A program made the translations under genes and the position numbers. The notes beneath the pieces were generated by a model that searched no databases, had not been told where the DNA came from, and saw only the letters and a program-made list of their open reading frames with translations. From an uncultured cyanobacterium (GTDB taxonomy: Bacteria > Cyanobacteriota > Cyanobacteriia > Pseudanabaenales > Pseudanabaenaceae): DNA of 64,000 nt. Numbering within the stretch: the stretch's first letter is position 1; each line of letters starts with the position of its first letter. Of this stretch, positions 20,555-31,790 are shown piece after piece. The stretch covers positions 1,664,001 through 1,728,000 of the forward strand of contig OY969811.1 of NCBI GenBank assembly GCA_963703315.1, read 5' to 3'.

Positions 20555-22234
20555 ATGCAAATCATGGAAATTGGCGATACCAAACTAGAATCATTAGAAC
20601 TAATCGATAAACTCAATGAGATCGGTATAGCCCTCTCAGCAGAAAAAAATACACCAATGCTGCTGGAGATGATTTTACGTGGGGCAAAGACAATTTTAAA
20701 TGCTGATGGGGGGACACTGTATCTGGCAACAGAAGATAAAAAGTATCTCCAGTTTGAAATCATTATGAATGACTCCCTCGGCATTATGATGGGGGAAAAG
20801 CTAGGGGAACCAATTACTTTTGATCCTTTGCCTTTATACGATGAACTTGGCAATCCTAATAACACGATGGTAGCGGCTCACGCGGCTTTGTACAAAAAAA
20901 CAATTAATATTCCTGATGCCTATACGGTTGACACTACTGAAGGGTTTGACTTTTCGGGAACCAGATCTTTTGATACGAAGACAGGCTATCGCTCGCAGTC
21001 ATTTTTGACCTTGCCGATGCTCAACCATGAAAATGAGTTGATCGGTGTTTTGCAATTGATTAATGCCAAAAGCCCTTACGATAATCGGATTATTGAATTT
21101 TCTAAGACGGCTCAACGTATTGCTGAGTCATTAGCATCCCAAGCGGCGATCGCCTTAACTAATAACAAATTAATTGGTCAGTTTCGCGAACTATTCGAGT
21201 CATTTATTAATTTAATTTCTGAAGCGATCGATAAAAAATCGCCTTACAATGGCGCTCACTGTCGGCGCGTACCGACTTTGACGATGATGATTGCTGATGC
21301 TGCTTGTAAAGCAAATTATGGTATTTTTAAAGACTTTGAGTTAGATGAGGATGAAAGATATGAACTGAAAATTGCAGGACTTCTCCATGATTGTGGTAAG
21401 GTAACCACCCCTGTCCATGTAATTGATAAAGCAACCAAACTTGAAACAATTTTTGATCGGATTCACTTAGTAAACACTCGTTTTGAAGTACTGAAACGGG
21501 ATGCAGAAATTAGTTTTCTCAATCAAAAAATGGCAGCGATCGAATCTGGTCATCTCAGTATTATTCCTGAACTAGAAGCCGCTTTACAACAAAAACTTGC
21601 TCAATATTCTAGCGATCAAAGTTTTCTCCGTGTTTGTAATATTGGTGGCGAATTCATGTCGGATGATTACAAAGAAAGACTTCAGCAAATTGCTCAATAT
21701 CGTTGGATTGATCCCCAAGGCGTAGAAACCAATTTCTTGACTGAGAACGAAGCCTACAACCTAAATATTTCCAGAGGAACCCTGACTGCCGAAGAGCGTA
21801 AAATCATTAATGATCACATTTCGGTCACAATTGAAATGCTTGAGCAGTTACCCTATCCCCGCAATCTTCGCCGTGTACCAGAATATGCTGGTGGTCACCA
21901 TGAGCGCATGGATGGTAAGGGATATCCTAAAGGACTCACCCGCGAGCAGATGTCTTTACCTGCAAGGATGATGGGAATAGCGGATATTTTTGAAGCTCTA
22001 AGTGCCAAAGATCGCCCTTATAAGAAGGGGAAAACTTTGACCGAATGCCTTCAGATTCTCGGCAAGATGAAATTAGGAGGTCACATTGATCCCGATCTAT
22101 TTGATTTGTTTGTCAGTGAAAAAGTTTATTTGCGTTATGCCAATGAATATCTCGATGCCGATCAGATTGATGAAGTAGATGAAAATCAGATTCCAGGATA
22201 CACTCCTCCCTTTGCGTACTTTTTTGAAACTTAG
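20555..22234 (+). CDS. GAF plus HD-GYP phosphodiesterase
   Basis: GAF (ADGGTLYL...DTKTGYRSQSFLTLPM...IGVLQLIN); LLHDCGK and HHERMDGKGYP. Confidence 0.9.
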   Translation: MQIMEIGDTKLESLELIDKLNEIGIALSAEKNTPMLLEMILRGAKTILNADGGTLYLATEDKKYLQFEIIMNDSLGIMMGEKLGEPITFDPLPLYDELGNPNNTMVAAHAALYKKTINIPDAYTVDTTEGFDFSGTRSFDTKTGYRSQSFLTLPMLNHENELIGVLQLINAKSPYDNRIIEFSKTAQRIAESLASQAAIALTNNKLIGQFRELFESFINLISEAIDKKSPYNGAHCRRVPTLTMMIADAACKANYGIFKDFELDEDERYELKIAGLLHDCGKVTTPVHVIDKATKLETIFDRIHLVNTRFEVLKRDAEISFLNQKMAAIESGHLSIIPELEAALQQKLAQYSSDQSFLRVCNIGGEFMSDDYKERLQQIAQYRWIDPQGVETNFLTENEAYNLNISRGTLTAEERKIINDHISVTIEMLEQLPYPRNLRRVPEYAGGHHERMDGKGYPKGLTREQMSLPARMMGIADIFEALSAKDRPYKKGKTLTECLQILGKMKLGGHIDPDLFDLFVSEKVYLRYANEYLDADQIDEVDENQIPGYTPPFAYFFET

Positions 22235-22248
22235 GGACTCGCCGTAAA

Positions 22249-22307
22249 ATAAAGAATCAATTTTTTGTGTCGCGGCGAAGCCGCGACACAAAAAATTGAT
22301 TCTTTAT
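22249..22307. repeat. Palindromic repeat, 28-bp arms, GC-GAA-GC apex
   Basis: ATAAAGAATCAATTTTTTGTGTCGCGGC-GAA-perfect complement. Confidence 0.85.
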
Positions 22308-22354
22308 CAAATTGCAAAGATTATTTCCATAAAAAATTGATTTTGTACTTATTT

Positions 22355-23119
22355 ATGTTTGCTCAGTTTCGCTCTCAATATCCTCAAGGGCGCATCCAAA
22401 CCGAGATGCTCTCTAAAATTGATGGTCTTCATGCCTTTAGAGCGATCGTCTCTCAAGGTGATGCGATCATGGGTACGGCTACGGCTGTCGATAGTGATCT
22501 CGAAATAGCTGAAGATCGGGCGATCAAAAGAGCCTTAGCGATCGCGGGGATTTCCTTTGACAATGCTTTTGATAATAACTACGGCGGCTATGGCGGGCGA
22601 TCGCCAATGCTCACGCAGGTCTCTCGCGAACCAGCTACCGTTAACTCCTTACCGTCAGCAAATTTTAATGTTGTAGGAAATTTGGGATCGGGAACTTTAG
22701 GATCTGGAAATAACGATTCACATCCAGTCACCCATACCACGCATACAATTCAATCCGAGCCAGCCCTAGACTATGCTAGTGACTATGGGACAAATGATTA
22801 TACTTCTGAAACTAATCTTAGTTATGCCCCCAGTACTGATGTAGCTGCTGTCGTACCGCCGAGTCCATCTGCACCGATCAAAACCTCAGCCCCACAAATT
22901 GCTCCTGAACCCGTCGATCTATCTGATGCAATTTCTAAAATTGATGTGGAGATGGAACGATTAAGCTGGACAAAGATACAGGGGCGTGATTATTTAGTAC
23001 GGACTTTTGATAAGAAATCCCGTCAGCAACTGACTAATGATGAGTTATTACAATTTCTCAGCCATTTAAAATCTTTGCCCACACCACATCGACAAGCAGC
23101 CAATGACGATTTCTTCTAA
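22355..23119 (+). CDS. Conserved cyanobacterial hypothetical protein (N-terminal alpha/beta domain, low-complexity linker, small C-terminal helical domain)
   Basis: ATG at 22355 after the hairpin; AEDRAIKRAL and KKSRQQLTNDELLQFL segments. Confidence 0.75.
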   Translation: MFAQFRSQYPQGRIQTEMLSKIDGLHAFRAIVSQGDAIMGTATAVDSDLEIAEDRAIKRALAIAGISFDNAFDNNYGGYGGRSPMLTQVSREPATVNSLPSANFNVVGNLGSGTLGSGNNDSHPVTHTTHTIQSEPALDYASDYGTNDYTSETNLSYAPSTDVAAVVPPSPSAPIKTSAPQIAPEPVDLSDAISKIDVEMERLSWTKIQGRDYLVRTFDKKSRQQLTNDELLQFLSHLKSLPTPHRQAANDDFF

Positions 23120-23177
23120 ACTAAGTTACGAAAAATGCGCTTTGCGTGTTTTGATAAATCCAAGACATTCTTAAATA

Positions 23178-24848
23178 ATGAAATCTCTGAATTTTCAAGA
23201 AGAACTTAGTCTCCTGATTCGTTCCAAATGTCCGATCATTTATGTGGTGACATGGGAAGAAGAGCGTGCTGAAAAAGCGATCGCCCAAGTTGCCAAGGAA
23301 TGCGGTCCCCCACGTCAGATGATGTATTACGATCTGGTACGTGGGTTTGAGCATAACCAAGAAGGCAAAAATAATCTGCTTCAAGCTCTGCAAATTGTCG
23401 AAAATAGCGATCGCCAAACCGCCACTATTTATATATTTCGTGATTTACATCGGCGTTTAGCCTCACAACGTCTTGATGAAATTTTGGTGCGTCAACTTCG
23501 CAATCTCTATCGCAGTTTTCGCAATTCTCGCAAAACTCTAATTTTATTAAGTCCTTTACTAGAGATGCCGTCGGAACTCGAAGAACAGGTAGCGGTTCTC
23601 TATTTCCCATTGCCTGAAACTATCGAAATTCGCCACATCATCGAGCAGATGATTCCCCCTGATCAGTTGCGAATGGAAGGGAATAGTCTGGAGCAATTAG
23701 TGAAAGCTTGTATGGGCATGACCCGCGATCGCATTTGTCATACGCTTTCTAAATCAATTGTGCAGAAACATTTTCTCAATGAGTCAGATATTGATCGCGT
23801 TCTGATTGAGAAACAAAAGCGGATTCGGCAAACGGAGTTTCTAGAATTTTTTACTCCTAATGAAACTCTAGACAGCATTGGTGGTTTAGATAACTTCAAG
23901 CTTTGGCTAATGCAGCGTCAGCAAGCTTTTTCGGATGAAGCCAGAGCTTTCGGCTTGCCAAATCCACGCGGGGTTTTGTTGCTGGGCATTCAAGGCACAG
24001 GCAAAAGTCTTTGTGCTAAGGCGATCGCGAATTTGTGGCGCTTACCGCTATTGCGATTGGATGTAGGTCGTCTATTTGGTAGCCTAGTTGGTCAGTCCGA
24101 AAGCCGCACCCGTCAAACAATTCAACTAGCAGAAGCCCTTGCACCTTGCATTCTCTGGATTGATGAAATTGATAAAGCCTTTGGAGGTATTTCTAATAGT
24201 GTCGGCGATTCAGGAACTAGTCAGCGTGTACTCGGAACATTGTTGACATGGATGCAGGAGAAATCTAGCCCTGTATTTGTGGTAGCGACAGCAAATAATA
24301 TTCATGCTCTGCCGCCTGAACTATTACGCAAAGGTCGATTTGATGAATTGTTCTTTATCAATTTACCTACTTATGAGGAACGCAAAGAAATATTCTTGCT
24401 CCATCTCAAGCGGTTTCGCCCAACAGAATTACGCAATTTTGATATCGATCAAATGGCAGCGATTTCTAAGGAATTTAGTGGTGCAGAAATAGAACAGGCG
24501 ATCATCGAAGGGATGTATCGTGCTTTCCATGAACAACGCGATGTGAATACGGAAGATATTTTAGGTGCAATCAAGGAAACCTATCCCTTGGCTAGCACTG
24601 CGAGAGAGCAGATTAGCTTTATGCAAGCATGGGCAACTCAAGGCAGGGCAAGAAGTGCTTCGCGAGGTGAGGTTATTGATATTAGCGATAAGTCTAACGG
24701 TAAATTGGGGGATATGAGTATCGTTGAACAGGCAACTAAAGCGATAATCGAGAAGTCAATTGATCTCTCTCTAGAAAAATCCAAGAACAAACATCGCCCT
24801 TTACCTCTGCCCCCCTTACCGCAAATTAAATCCCATTCTGACTCATGA
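23178..24848 (+). CDS. Ycf46-like AAA+ ATPase
   Basis: Walker A GIQGTGKS, Walker B ILWIDEIDK, LPPELLRKGRFDE; degenerate N-terminal AAA domain. Confidence 0.9.
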   Translation: MKSLNFQEELSLLIRSKCPIIYVVTWEEERAEKAIAQVAKECGPPRQMMYYDLVRGFEHNQEGKNNLLQALQIVENSDRQTATIYIFRDLHRRLASQRLDEILVRQLRNLYRSFRNSRKTLILLSPLLEMPSELEEQVAVLYFPLPETIEIRHIIEQMIPPDQLRMEGNSLEQLVKACMGMTRDRICHTLSKSIVQKHFLNESDIDRVLIEKQKRIRQTEFLEFFTPNETLDSIGGLDNFKLWLMQRQQAFSDEARAFGLPNPRGVLLLGIQGTGKSLCAKAIANLWRLPLLRLDVGRLFGSLVGQSESRTRQTIQLAEALAPCILWIDEIDKAFGGISNSVGDSGTSQRVLGTLLTWMQEKSSPVFVVATANNIHALPPELLRKGRFDELFFINLPTYEERKEIFLLHLKRFRPTELRNFDIDQMAAISKEFSGAEIEQAIIEGMYRAFHEQRDVNTEDILGAIKETYPLASTAREQISFMQAWATQGRARSASRGEVIDISDKSNGKLGDMSIVEQATKAIIEKSIDLSLEKSKNKHRPLPLPPLPQIKSHSDS

Positions 24849-25399
24849 CATCTCATCCTGCACCTTCTTCATCTGATAGCCCAGATTTGCCTCAGTTGCA
24901 GGCAATCAAGGCGCATTTGGATTTGGTGTTGTTGGCACTGGAGGCTCTCACGGGACTTGGCTCTGATGAAATGCTGGCAGTTGCCGAAAAGTTGGGTTTA
25001 GAGGAGATTTTAAGCGATCGCATTACGCTGTGGCGGTTACGTCAGGCTAGCCCATTACGCAAAGGGAAGGGACGCAAAAAATTGGATGTGGATGAAGCGA
25101 GGGCGATGACTTTGATTAGTTGTACCTTGGCATCTCAACAACAATTCGCGATCCGTAATGCTGTGGCTCAGTTAGAGAAATGCACAGCCCGCAAACGTTT
25201 ACCCTATCGCGAACCGATCTTGGGTGATTACCTTGATCGGTTTAATACTCTCTATCAAGAACGGATGGAGGAAGAAGAACAAGCTAAGCCTGATGTAATT
25301 CAGCGTTTAGCTTTGAAGTTATTAATCGATTTATTGTTTTACAGTTCTCAAATCGGTTCCCGTCGTTTGTGGGTGGCGCTATTTGAGCGATCGCAATAA
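24845..25399 (+). CDS. DUF3038-family protein
   Basis: LDLVLLALEAL...LWRLRQASPLR...LLFYSSQIGSRRLW; ATGA overlap with the ATPase gene. Confidence 0.75.
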   Translation: MTSHPAPSSSDSPDLPQLQAIKAHLDLVLLALEALTGLGSDEMLAVAEKLGLEEILSDRITLWRLRQASPLRKGKGRKKLDVDEARAMTLISCTLASQQQFAIRNAVAQLEKCTARKRLPYREPILGDYLDRFNTLYQERMEEEEQAKPDVIQRLALKLLIDLLFYSSQIGSRRLWVALFERSQ

Positions 25400-25449
25400 C
25401 CGCTCAGATGACTCCTGCATAAAAACACAGATTGTAGTCCTAGCTTACA

Positions 25450-25483
25450 AAAAAAGAGGAGCGCGATCGCGCTCCTCTTTTTT
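25450..25483. terminator. Bidirectional terminator-like perfect palindrome centred on HIP1
   Basis: AAAAAAGAGGAGCGCGATCGCGCTCCTCTTTTTT between convergent genes. Confidence 0.75.
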
Positions 25484-25485
25484 AA

Positions 25486-28400
25486 TTAGTCTTCATCATC
25501 AAAATCATCGTCATCTTCTTCATCGTCATCATCATCGAATTCCACATCATCATCCACTAGCTCATCATCAAAGCTGCGACGACTACGAGGTTTATCAACG
25601 ACGCGAATTGGTTCAATTCGAGGCTCAATGATTTGGTAATTACGAGCAGTGTTGTCATCAATGATCACATCATCGGCTTCTTCGTCATAGCCGAGATCTG
25701 GCTCATAGCCATTATCAACTTCCACAATCGGCGTATCGTAAGCATTAAAGCCCGTACCCGCAGGAATCAAACGACCGATGATCACATTCTCCTTCAAGCC
25801 GCGTAACCAGTCAGACTTACCTTCGATCGCTGCTTCCGTAAGCACACGAGTTGTCTCTTGGAAACTAGCTGCCGAGATAAAGCTGTCAGTATTTAAACTG
25901 GCTTTAGTAATACCCATCAACACAGGCGTATAGTCCGCAGGTGCACCGCCTGTAATCTCCATCGCTTCGTTGATTTGTTCCACTTGATGCAGTTCTACCA
26001 ACTCACCAGGGAGACGGGTAGTATCACCACCATCCTCAATTCGTACCTTCGAGGTCATCTGTTTGACGATTACTTCGATGTGCTTATCAGAAATGTCAAC
26101 ACCCTGAGATTGGTATACAGACTGAACTTCATTCATCAAGAACTCTTGTACTTTCTGCAATCCAAGCAGAGCCGCTTGTCTTACACCCAGCGATTCTTTA
26201 TAGGCTTGATAGTAAATATCGAGAATATCATGGGGATTCGCAGGACCATCGGTGAGTGCCTCCCCAGCCGCAACACGCTGACCATCGGAGACAATTACAC
26301 TCTGACCCACATTAAAAGAATAGTCATCATCGAGGGTTCCATTCTCTCCCAGAATTTTCACTTCAGGGTTGTCATCAGAGTCATAAGTAACTTGAGCAGT
26401 ACCTGAAGTACGAGCTAGTACACACATTTCCTTGGGTTTACGGGCTTCAAGGAGTTCTTCAATCCGAGGTAGACCTTGGATAATGTCTCCTGTTTTGGCA
26501 CGTTCAAATACAAGGAGCGCGATGTTATCACCCCGTTGTACAAGGTCTGCGTCATGAATCTGTAGCAAGGCTCCAGGAGATACCAGATAAGGACGACCAA
26601 TCCGAAATACGACCGAGCCATTTTCAACTCTCAGTACTTGTCCCGACTCTTCCGTAATTATGCCTTCACCAATTTCATCACCCGATCGCAACAAATCACC
26701 TACTTGAACTGTGGGGTTAGGGCAAGGTGTGGTAATACAATCTGCCTCAGTCACGATTAGTAAACGACGGACAACTTCCGAGCCTTGGCGAATTCCGCGA
26801 ATTTGCCCAGGACGCTTACAGAGAATTTCGGTACGTGCCACGACTGCACCAGGATCAATGCGATCGCCATCATTTACCAGCAAACGAGTACGGGAATTAC
26901 TATGAGCAGGATCGCCAGAGTTATCTTGACGGATTACCAAAGATTCGAGAATTACTAGTTGCAAACGCAAGCTACCAGGATCTTTGTCGTTAGGAATAAA
27001 CTCAATGTCGGCAGCCAATTGAGGTGCATCGGTGTCAACTTCTAATAGCAATTGAGTTTTGAGTAGCTCCACGCTATCGATCGCCTTCACGCGATCGCCA
27101 TCCTTGTAAGGAATGCGTTGGACAGCACGTAACCCAATGGAACGACCTTCTTGGTTAACCGATTCTTGACTAGGAACTGTTGGTACATCAGGGACTTGGT
27201 ACTCTTCCACAGGACGCAAAAGCAATGCTGGTCCTTCCGTTGAATCTAGATATTCCACATACCGCAATTCAGGCGAAGTCAAACCGGGCATGATTTCAGT
27301 GCCAGGGTAAGCCAAAGAACCATTCTTTTGCATGGCGGTTTGAGGATCATCCACCAAGTGTAAATCACCTGGTTTGATCACAATCTCGCGCAAAATGTCA
27401 TTTTTCTGGAATACTTCGACCACCCCTGCGGTTTGGCTGAAGATATCCTTAACAACTTCTGTACCAGCCTCAATGAACTGATTTTCTTCCACCATCAACA
27501 GCGAAGCATCTTTGTTTACTTCATGGGTTTCTTCAGGAACCCAGAGCAAAGTACCGCCCTTGACGACTTCATAACCCTGTTTGCCCTTACTGCGCTTGGC
27601 AACTTCCACACCAGCAAACTTAATGATACCGCCACTCTTAGTGTGATAAGTATCATCAATCAGTTCCGCAACCACCTGATTATTAGTGAGCTTACTACCG
27701 GGGGAAGCTTTGAGAGAGAAGCTTTGACCGCCTTGGGTTTCCAGAACATAATGCTCACGCCCTTGATAGCTCTCTTCTTTAACGATCGCCTGATCAAGAA
27801 TTACCGAAGCCGTAATAATTTCTACTTCACGGTTATGGCGACTATCTTCTTCACTCAGACGGACAACACCGCCATGCTCAGTGATCAAACGGGTTTCGGC
27901 AAGGACATCACCTTCTTGAACTTGAGCCTCATTTTTAACAGTGGGTTCTGCCCCTGGTGGCAAATCATAGACTTCACCAGCCAAGACCCATACTCGACCT
28001 TTTTCACCACGAGCGACATAGCTGGTGTTACCTTGACGGTCTTTCTTCTCTTCGATCGCTAGATCCGAGAACAATACTTCACCAGCTAAGCCTGTATTTA
28101 GGGCTTTAGTCGCCTTTTCCGTAGTTTTACGCGAAGTCTTACCTGTTGCTGAAACCTCAGCCATCATCTGAGACTTAGTGACTTTCTCGCCATCGCGCAC
28201 CAATAGAGTAGAACCTTGCGTAACCGCATAACTACGCTTACCTTCAGCCCCTTCGAGGGTAAAGTCACCATTAGATTCCACAATAAATGCATCTTCACCG
28301 TGACGAGTACGCATCGGACGCACCTTCAGCTTCTTGCTGTACTTGACCGTGCCATCAAAAGGAGCGCGTTGTTGTTCGGCAACTTCACCCGTAAATACAC

Positions 28401-29466
28401 CACCAGTGTGGAAGGTACGCATGGTTAGCTGTGTTCCTGGTTCACCGATGGACTGAGCGGCGATAATACCAACAGCTTCACCGATATCTACCAATTCCGC
28501 ATGAGCCAAGCTCCAGCCATAGCACATCTGACAGACTGATCGCGTCGATTCGCAGGTAAAGGCAGAACGGACACAGACTTCTTCAACGCCAGCCTTTTGG
28601 ACTGCCAAAGATAGATCTTCGGAAATCTCTTGGTTCCGCATGACGATTACTTCGCCAGTCTGGGGATCGACAATATCTTCAGCAGCCACACGACCAAATA
28701 GGCGATCGGACAACTTGATCAGGGTCTTCTCCCCATCACGCATCGCCTTTAATCTAATGCCACGAGTGGTTCCACAATCATTTTCACGAACGATCACATC
28801 CTGCGATACGTCAACAAGACGGCGGGTGAGGTATCCAGAGTCAGCCGTCCGCAACGCCGTATCTACCAGACCTTTACGCGCACCGTAAGACGAAATAATA
28901 TATTCAGTAACCGTCAGACCTTCACGGAAGTTAGTTTTAATTGGTAAATCGATGATTTCCCCTTGAGGATCTGCCATCAAGCCCCGCATCCCCACCAACT
29001 GACGTACCTGCGAGATGTTACCCCGCGCACCAGAGAAGGCCATCATATAGACGGAGTTGAGAGGATTATTACTCTTAAAGTTTTTCACCACCTCATCTTT
29101 AAGGTTCTCGTTAGCCACGTTCCAAGTGTCAATTACCTTCTGGAAACGCTCTACTTCCGTAATTTCGCCTCTGGTATAGCGACTTTCGGTCTCTTCGATC
29201 TCCTGTTCCGCCGCCGCTAGCAACGCCTTCTTACTAGCAGGAACTTGCAAATCGTCAATACTAATCGAAATGCCTGCCTGAGTTGCATAGCGAAATCCTA
29301 ACGCCTTAAGTTGGTCAGCAACATTAGCAGCGCTAGTAGTTCCATAATGGGTAAAAGCCCAAGCAATGAGCTTTTTTAACTGTCCTTTGTCAATGGTGCG
29401 GTTAATAAAGCGTTGAGGCTTCTGCTCTTCAGGCGAATCCGTGTTGCTAATCGTGAAATCTGCCAT
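25486..29466 (-). CDS. rpoC2: RNA polymerase beta' subunit (RpoC2)
   Basis: Bridge helix [23 protein letters not shown]; trigger loop [16 protein letters not shown] with the large cyanobacterial SI3 insert; SAASFQET. Confidence 0.98.
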   Translation of the reverse strand: MADFTISNTDSPEEQKPQRFINRTIDKGQLKKLIAWAFTHYGTTSAANVADQLKALGFRYATQAGISISIDDLQVPASKKALLAAAEQEIEETESRYTRGEITEVERFQKVIDTWNVANENLKDEVVKNFKSNNPLNSVYMMAFSGARGNISQVRQLVGMRGLMADPQGEIIDLPIKTNFREGLTVTEYIISSYGARKGLVDTALRTADSGYLTRRLVDVSQDVIVRENDCGTTRGIRLKAMRDGEKTLIKLSDRLFGRVAAEDIVDPQTGEVIVMRNQEISEDLSLAVQKAGVEEVCVRSAFTCESTRSVCQMCYGWSLAHAELVDIGEAVGIIAAQSIGEPGTQLTMRTFHTGGVFTGEVAEQQRAPFDGTVKYSKKLKVRPMRTRHGEDAFIVESNGDFTLEGAEGKRSYAVTQGSTLLVRDGEKVTKSQMMAEVSATGKTSRKTTEKATKALNTGLAGEVLFSDLAIEEKKDRQGNTSYVARGEKGRVWVLAGEVYDLPPGAEPTVKNEAQVQEGDVLAETRLITEHGGVVRLSEEDSRHNREVEIITASVILDQAIVKEESYQGREHYVLETQGGQSFSLKASPGSKLTNNQVVAELIDDTYHTKSGGIIKFAGVEVAKRSKGKQGYEVVKGGTLLWVPEETHEVNKDASLLMVEENQFIEAGTEVVKDIFSQTAGVVEVFQKNDILREIVIKPGDLHLVDDPQTAMQKNGSLAYPGTEIMPGLTSPELRYVEYLDSTEGPALLLRPVEEYQVPDVPTVPSQESVNQEGRSIGLRAVQRIPYKDGDRVKAIDSVELLKTQLLLEVDTDAPQLAADIEFIPNDKDPGSLRLQLVILESLVIRQDNSGDPAHSNSRTRLLVNDGDRIDPGAVVARTEILCKRPGQIRGIRQGSEVVRRLLIVTEADCITTPCPNPTVQVGDLLRSGDEIGEGIITEESGQVLRVENGSVVFRIGRPYLVSPGALLQIHDADLVQRGDNIALLVFERAKTGDIIQGLPRIEELLEARKPKEMCVLARTSGTAQVTYDSDDNPEVKILGENGTLDDDYSFNVGQSVIVSDGQRVAAGEALTDGPANPHDILDIYYQAYKESLGVRQAALLGLQKVQEFLMNEVQSVYQSQGVDISDKHIEVIVKQMTSKVRIEDGGDTTRLPGELVELHQVEQINEAMEITGGAPADYTPVLMGITKASLNTDSFISAASFQETTRVLTEAAIEGKSDWLRGLKENVIIGRLIPAGTGFNAYDTPIVEVDNGYEPDLGYDEEADDVIIDDNTARNYQIIEPRIEPIRVVDKPRSRRSFDDELVDDDVEFDDDDDEEDDDDFDDED

Positions 29467-29511
29467 GGTATTAAGCTATTAAATAATCTTGTAATTAATC
29501 CAAATTTTATG

Positions 29512-29548
29512 ATTATGAAAAACATTGCTTTGCAATGTTTTTCATAAT
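29512..29548. repeat. Palindrome between rpoC1 and rpoC2
   Basis: ATTATGAAAAACATTGC-TTT-GCAATGTTTTTCATAAT. Confidence 0.75.
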
Positions 29549-29550
29549 AT

Positions 29551-31587
29551 TTAGCTAGCCAGCGATGCGTAAATTGCCTGATTGAAAATTACACGTCCAG
29601 GAGTAGTTTTGACATATTGCGAAATCAAGCCACCTTCAGCATCTTCGCGAATACGGCGGAATGGGAATTCCTTGACCTTAGTACCATCCTCTAGAACTGT
29701 GATCTTAGGTTCGTCATCGTCTTTTTCCTCACCTTGTCCTTCAATAATTCCTTCAAAGCGTACCCAGACATTGGAATGTATATCAATTTCCTTCTGTTCG
29801 TATGCCATGACCACATCATTAAAGTTGGAAAAGTAACGCCCTTCACCCCTTTGTTGATAGGGATTTTCGGTAGTGAGATAGTAACATCCTAAAACCATGT
29901 CTTGGCTAGGTGTAACAATTGGACGACCTGTAGCAGGCGAAAGAATGTTATTAGAAGCCAACATCAACAGACGCGCTTCCGCCTGTGCCTCAATCGATAG
30001 AGGCACGTGAACCGCCATCTGGTCACCGTCAAAGTCAGCGTTAAAGGCAGGACAAACAAGCGGATGCAGTTGAATTGCACGACCACTAACTAGCAGTGGT
30101 TCAAAGGCTTGAATACCCAAACGGTGAAGCGTCGGAGCGCGGTTAAGCATTACGGGGTGATCACGAATCACATCTTCAAGCACATCCCAAATTGCTGGAT
30201 CATTCCGCTGAATTAGTTTCTTTGCAGCTTTGATGTTATTCACCAGACCAGTTTTAATCAGGCGATGAATTACAAAGGGCTGGAATAGCTCGATCGCCAT
30301 TTCCTTGGGCAGACCACATTGGTGAATCTTGAGGTTAGGTCCCACCACAATGACGGAACGACCAGAGTAGTCAACCCGTTTACCAAGCAAGTTTTGACGG
30401 AAACGACCTTGCTTACCTTCGATAATGTCCGAAAGAGACTTAAGGGGACGATTGTTTGCACCAACTACAGTCCGTCCGCGACGACCGTTATCGATGAGCG
30501 CATCAACAGCTTCTTGCAACATCCGTTTTTCGTTACGGACGATGATTTCAGGAGCAAGAATTTCTTGCAAACGGGCAAGACGGTTATTACGGTTAATCAC
30601 CCGACGATAAAGATCGTTCAAATCACTAGTAGCAAAACGTCCACCGTCAAGCTGTACCATCGGACGCAAATCTGGAGGAATTACGGGAATTACATCCAAA
30701 ACCATCCAATCTGGTCGCGAACCAGTTGCCACGAAGTTATCAACCACACGCAAACGTTTGATTAGTTTGGCGCGTTTTTGTCCCTTGGAGTTCTCAATAT
30801 CAGTGCGTAGACGCTCAGCTTCTTTTTCAAGGTTGATATTTTGCAATAATTGCTTGATAGCTTCAGCACCAATACCAACTTCAATACCATCTAATACAGG
30901 ATCTTCTGCATAGATTTGATCTTCAAGATCAATCCATTGATCCTCAGATAGCAATTGCTTGTAAGAAAGATTATAGGCACTCGCGATCGACTCACCTGCC
31001 TCAACAGTTTTGCCTTCTATGACCGTCGAAATATGTTTAGGATGTAGATGGTAAGCTCTCTCAACCCCATCAATCCCACGAATACGAATTTCACGGCTAT
31101 TCACCGAGACAATTACACCATCAACCTCAGACTGAATCCCAGGGTTAAGGACAACGTAAGCGTTGAAATAAACAATTTGCTCGACATCCCGCAAAGGCAT
31201 ATCAAGTAGGGTTGCCATATAGCTAGGAATACCCTTGAGATACCAAACATGAGTAACTGAAGCAGCTAGCTTGATAAAGCCCATACGGTGACGGCGAACT
31301 CTTGATTCTGTCACTTCTACGCCGCAACGTTCACAAACGATGCCACGATGGCGCACACGCTTATATTTACCGCAGTGACATTCCCAATCCTTCGCAGGAC
31401 CAAAAATCCGTTCACAGAACAAGCCATCCATTTCGGGCTTCAATGTGCGGTAGTTAATAGTTTCAGGTTTTGTGACTTCGCCCACCAAACTACCATTTGG
31501 TAAAACTCTCTCGCCCCACTTACGAATGCGATCGGGTGATGCCAAGCCAATCTTGACATAGTCAAATCGCTGTTCCACTTTCGCCAT
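29551..31587 (-). CDS. rpoC1: RNA polymerase gamma subunit (RpoC1) with a 52-aa insertion
   Basis: Zn ribbon CHCGK...CERC, catalytic [25 protein letters not shown]. Confidence 0.98.
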   Translation of the reverse strand: MAKVEQRFDYVKIGLASPDRIRKWGERVLPNGSLVGEVTKPETINYRTLKPEMDGLFCERIFGPAKDWECHCGKYKRVRHRGIVCERCGVEVTESRVRRHRMGFIKLAASVTHVWYLKGIPSYMATLLDMPLRDVEQIVYFNAYVVLNPGIQSEVDGVIVSVNSREIRIRGIDGVERAYHLHPKHISTVIEGKTVEAGESIASAYNLSYKQLLSEDQWIDLEDQIYAEDPVLDGIEVGIGAEAIKQLLQNINLEKEAERLRTDIENSKGQKRAKLIKRLRVVDNFVATGSRPDWMVLDVIPVIPPDLRPMVQLDGGRFATSDLNDLYRRVINRNNRLARLQEILAPEIIVRNEKRMLQEAVDALIDNGRRGRTVVGANNRPLKSLSDIIEGKQGRFRQNLLGKRVDYSGRSVIVVGPNLKIHQCGLPKEMAIELFQPFVIHRLIKTGLVNNIKAAKKLIQRNDPAIWDVLEDVIRDHPVMLNRAPTLHRLGIQAFEPLLVSGRAIQLHPLVCPAFNADFDGDQMAVHVPLSIEAQAEARLLMLASNNILSPATGRPIVTPSQDMVLGCYYLTTENPYQQRGEGRYFSNFNDVVMAYEQKEIDIHSNVWVRFEGIIEGQGEEKDDDEPKITVLEDGTKVKEFPFRRIREDAEGGLISQYVKTTPGRVIFNQAIYASLAS

Positions 31588-31641
31588 ACGTTACAACGTC
31601 CTTAGTAAATTGTTTAAGTAAATCGCTTACTTTTATTGATA

Positions 31642-31790
31642 AATTTTGGGGCTATTAGCGGTTAGCTATTAGCCTTTAGCTGCTGGTTGTTAGTATTAAC
31701 TTCAATTAATTTTGAGGCTATTAGCAGTTAGCTATTAGCCTTTAGCTTGGATATCCAAAAAGCTAGCAGCTAACAGCTAATGGCTAAAAA
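31642..31790. repeat. STRR-like TTAGCNN heptamer repeats with a 40-bp direct duplication and an inverted block
   Basis: 31642-31681 versus 31708-31747 (2 mismatches), then GCTAACA/GCTAATG complementary heptamers. Confidence 0.75.

Noticed and set aside
26500..28390. Huge insertion in RpoC2
   Set aside because: This is the known cyanobacterial SI3 trigger-loop insertion of tandem SBHMs
30982..31137. Intein or intron in rpoC1
   Set aside because: In frame and only 52 aa; no N-terminal Cys/Ser or C-terminal His-Asn, and no intron hallmarks
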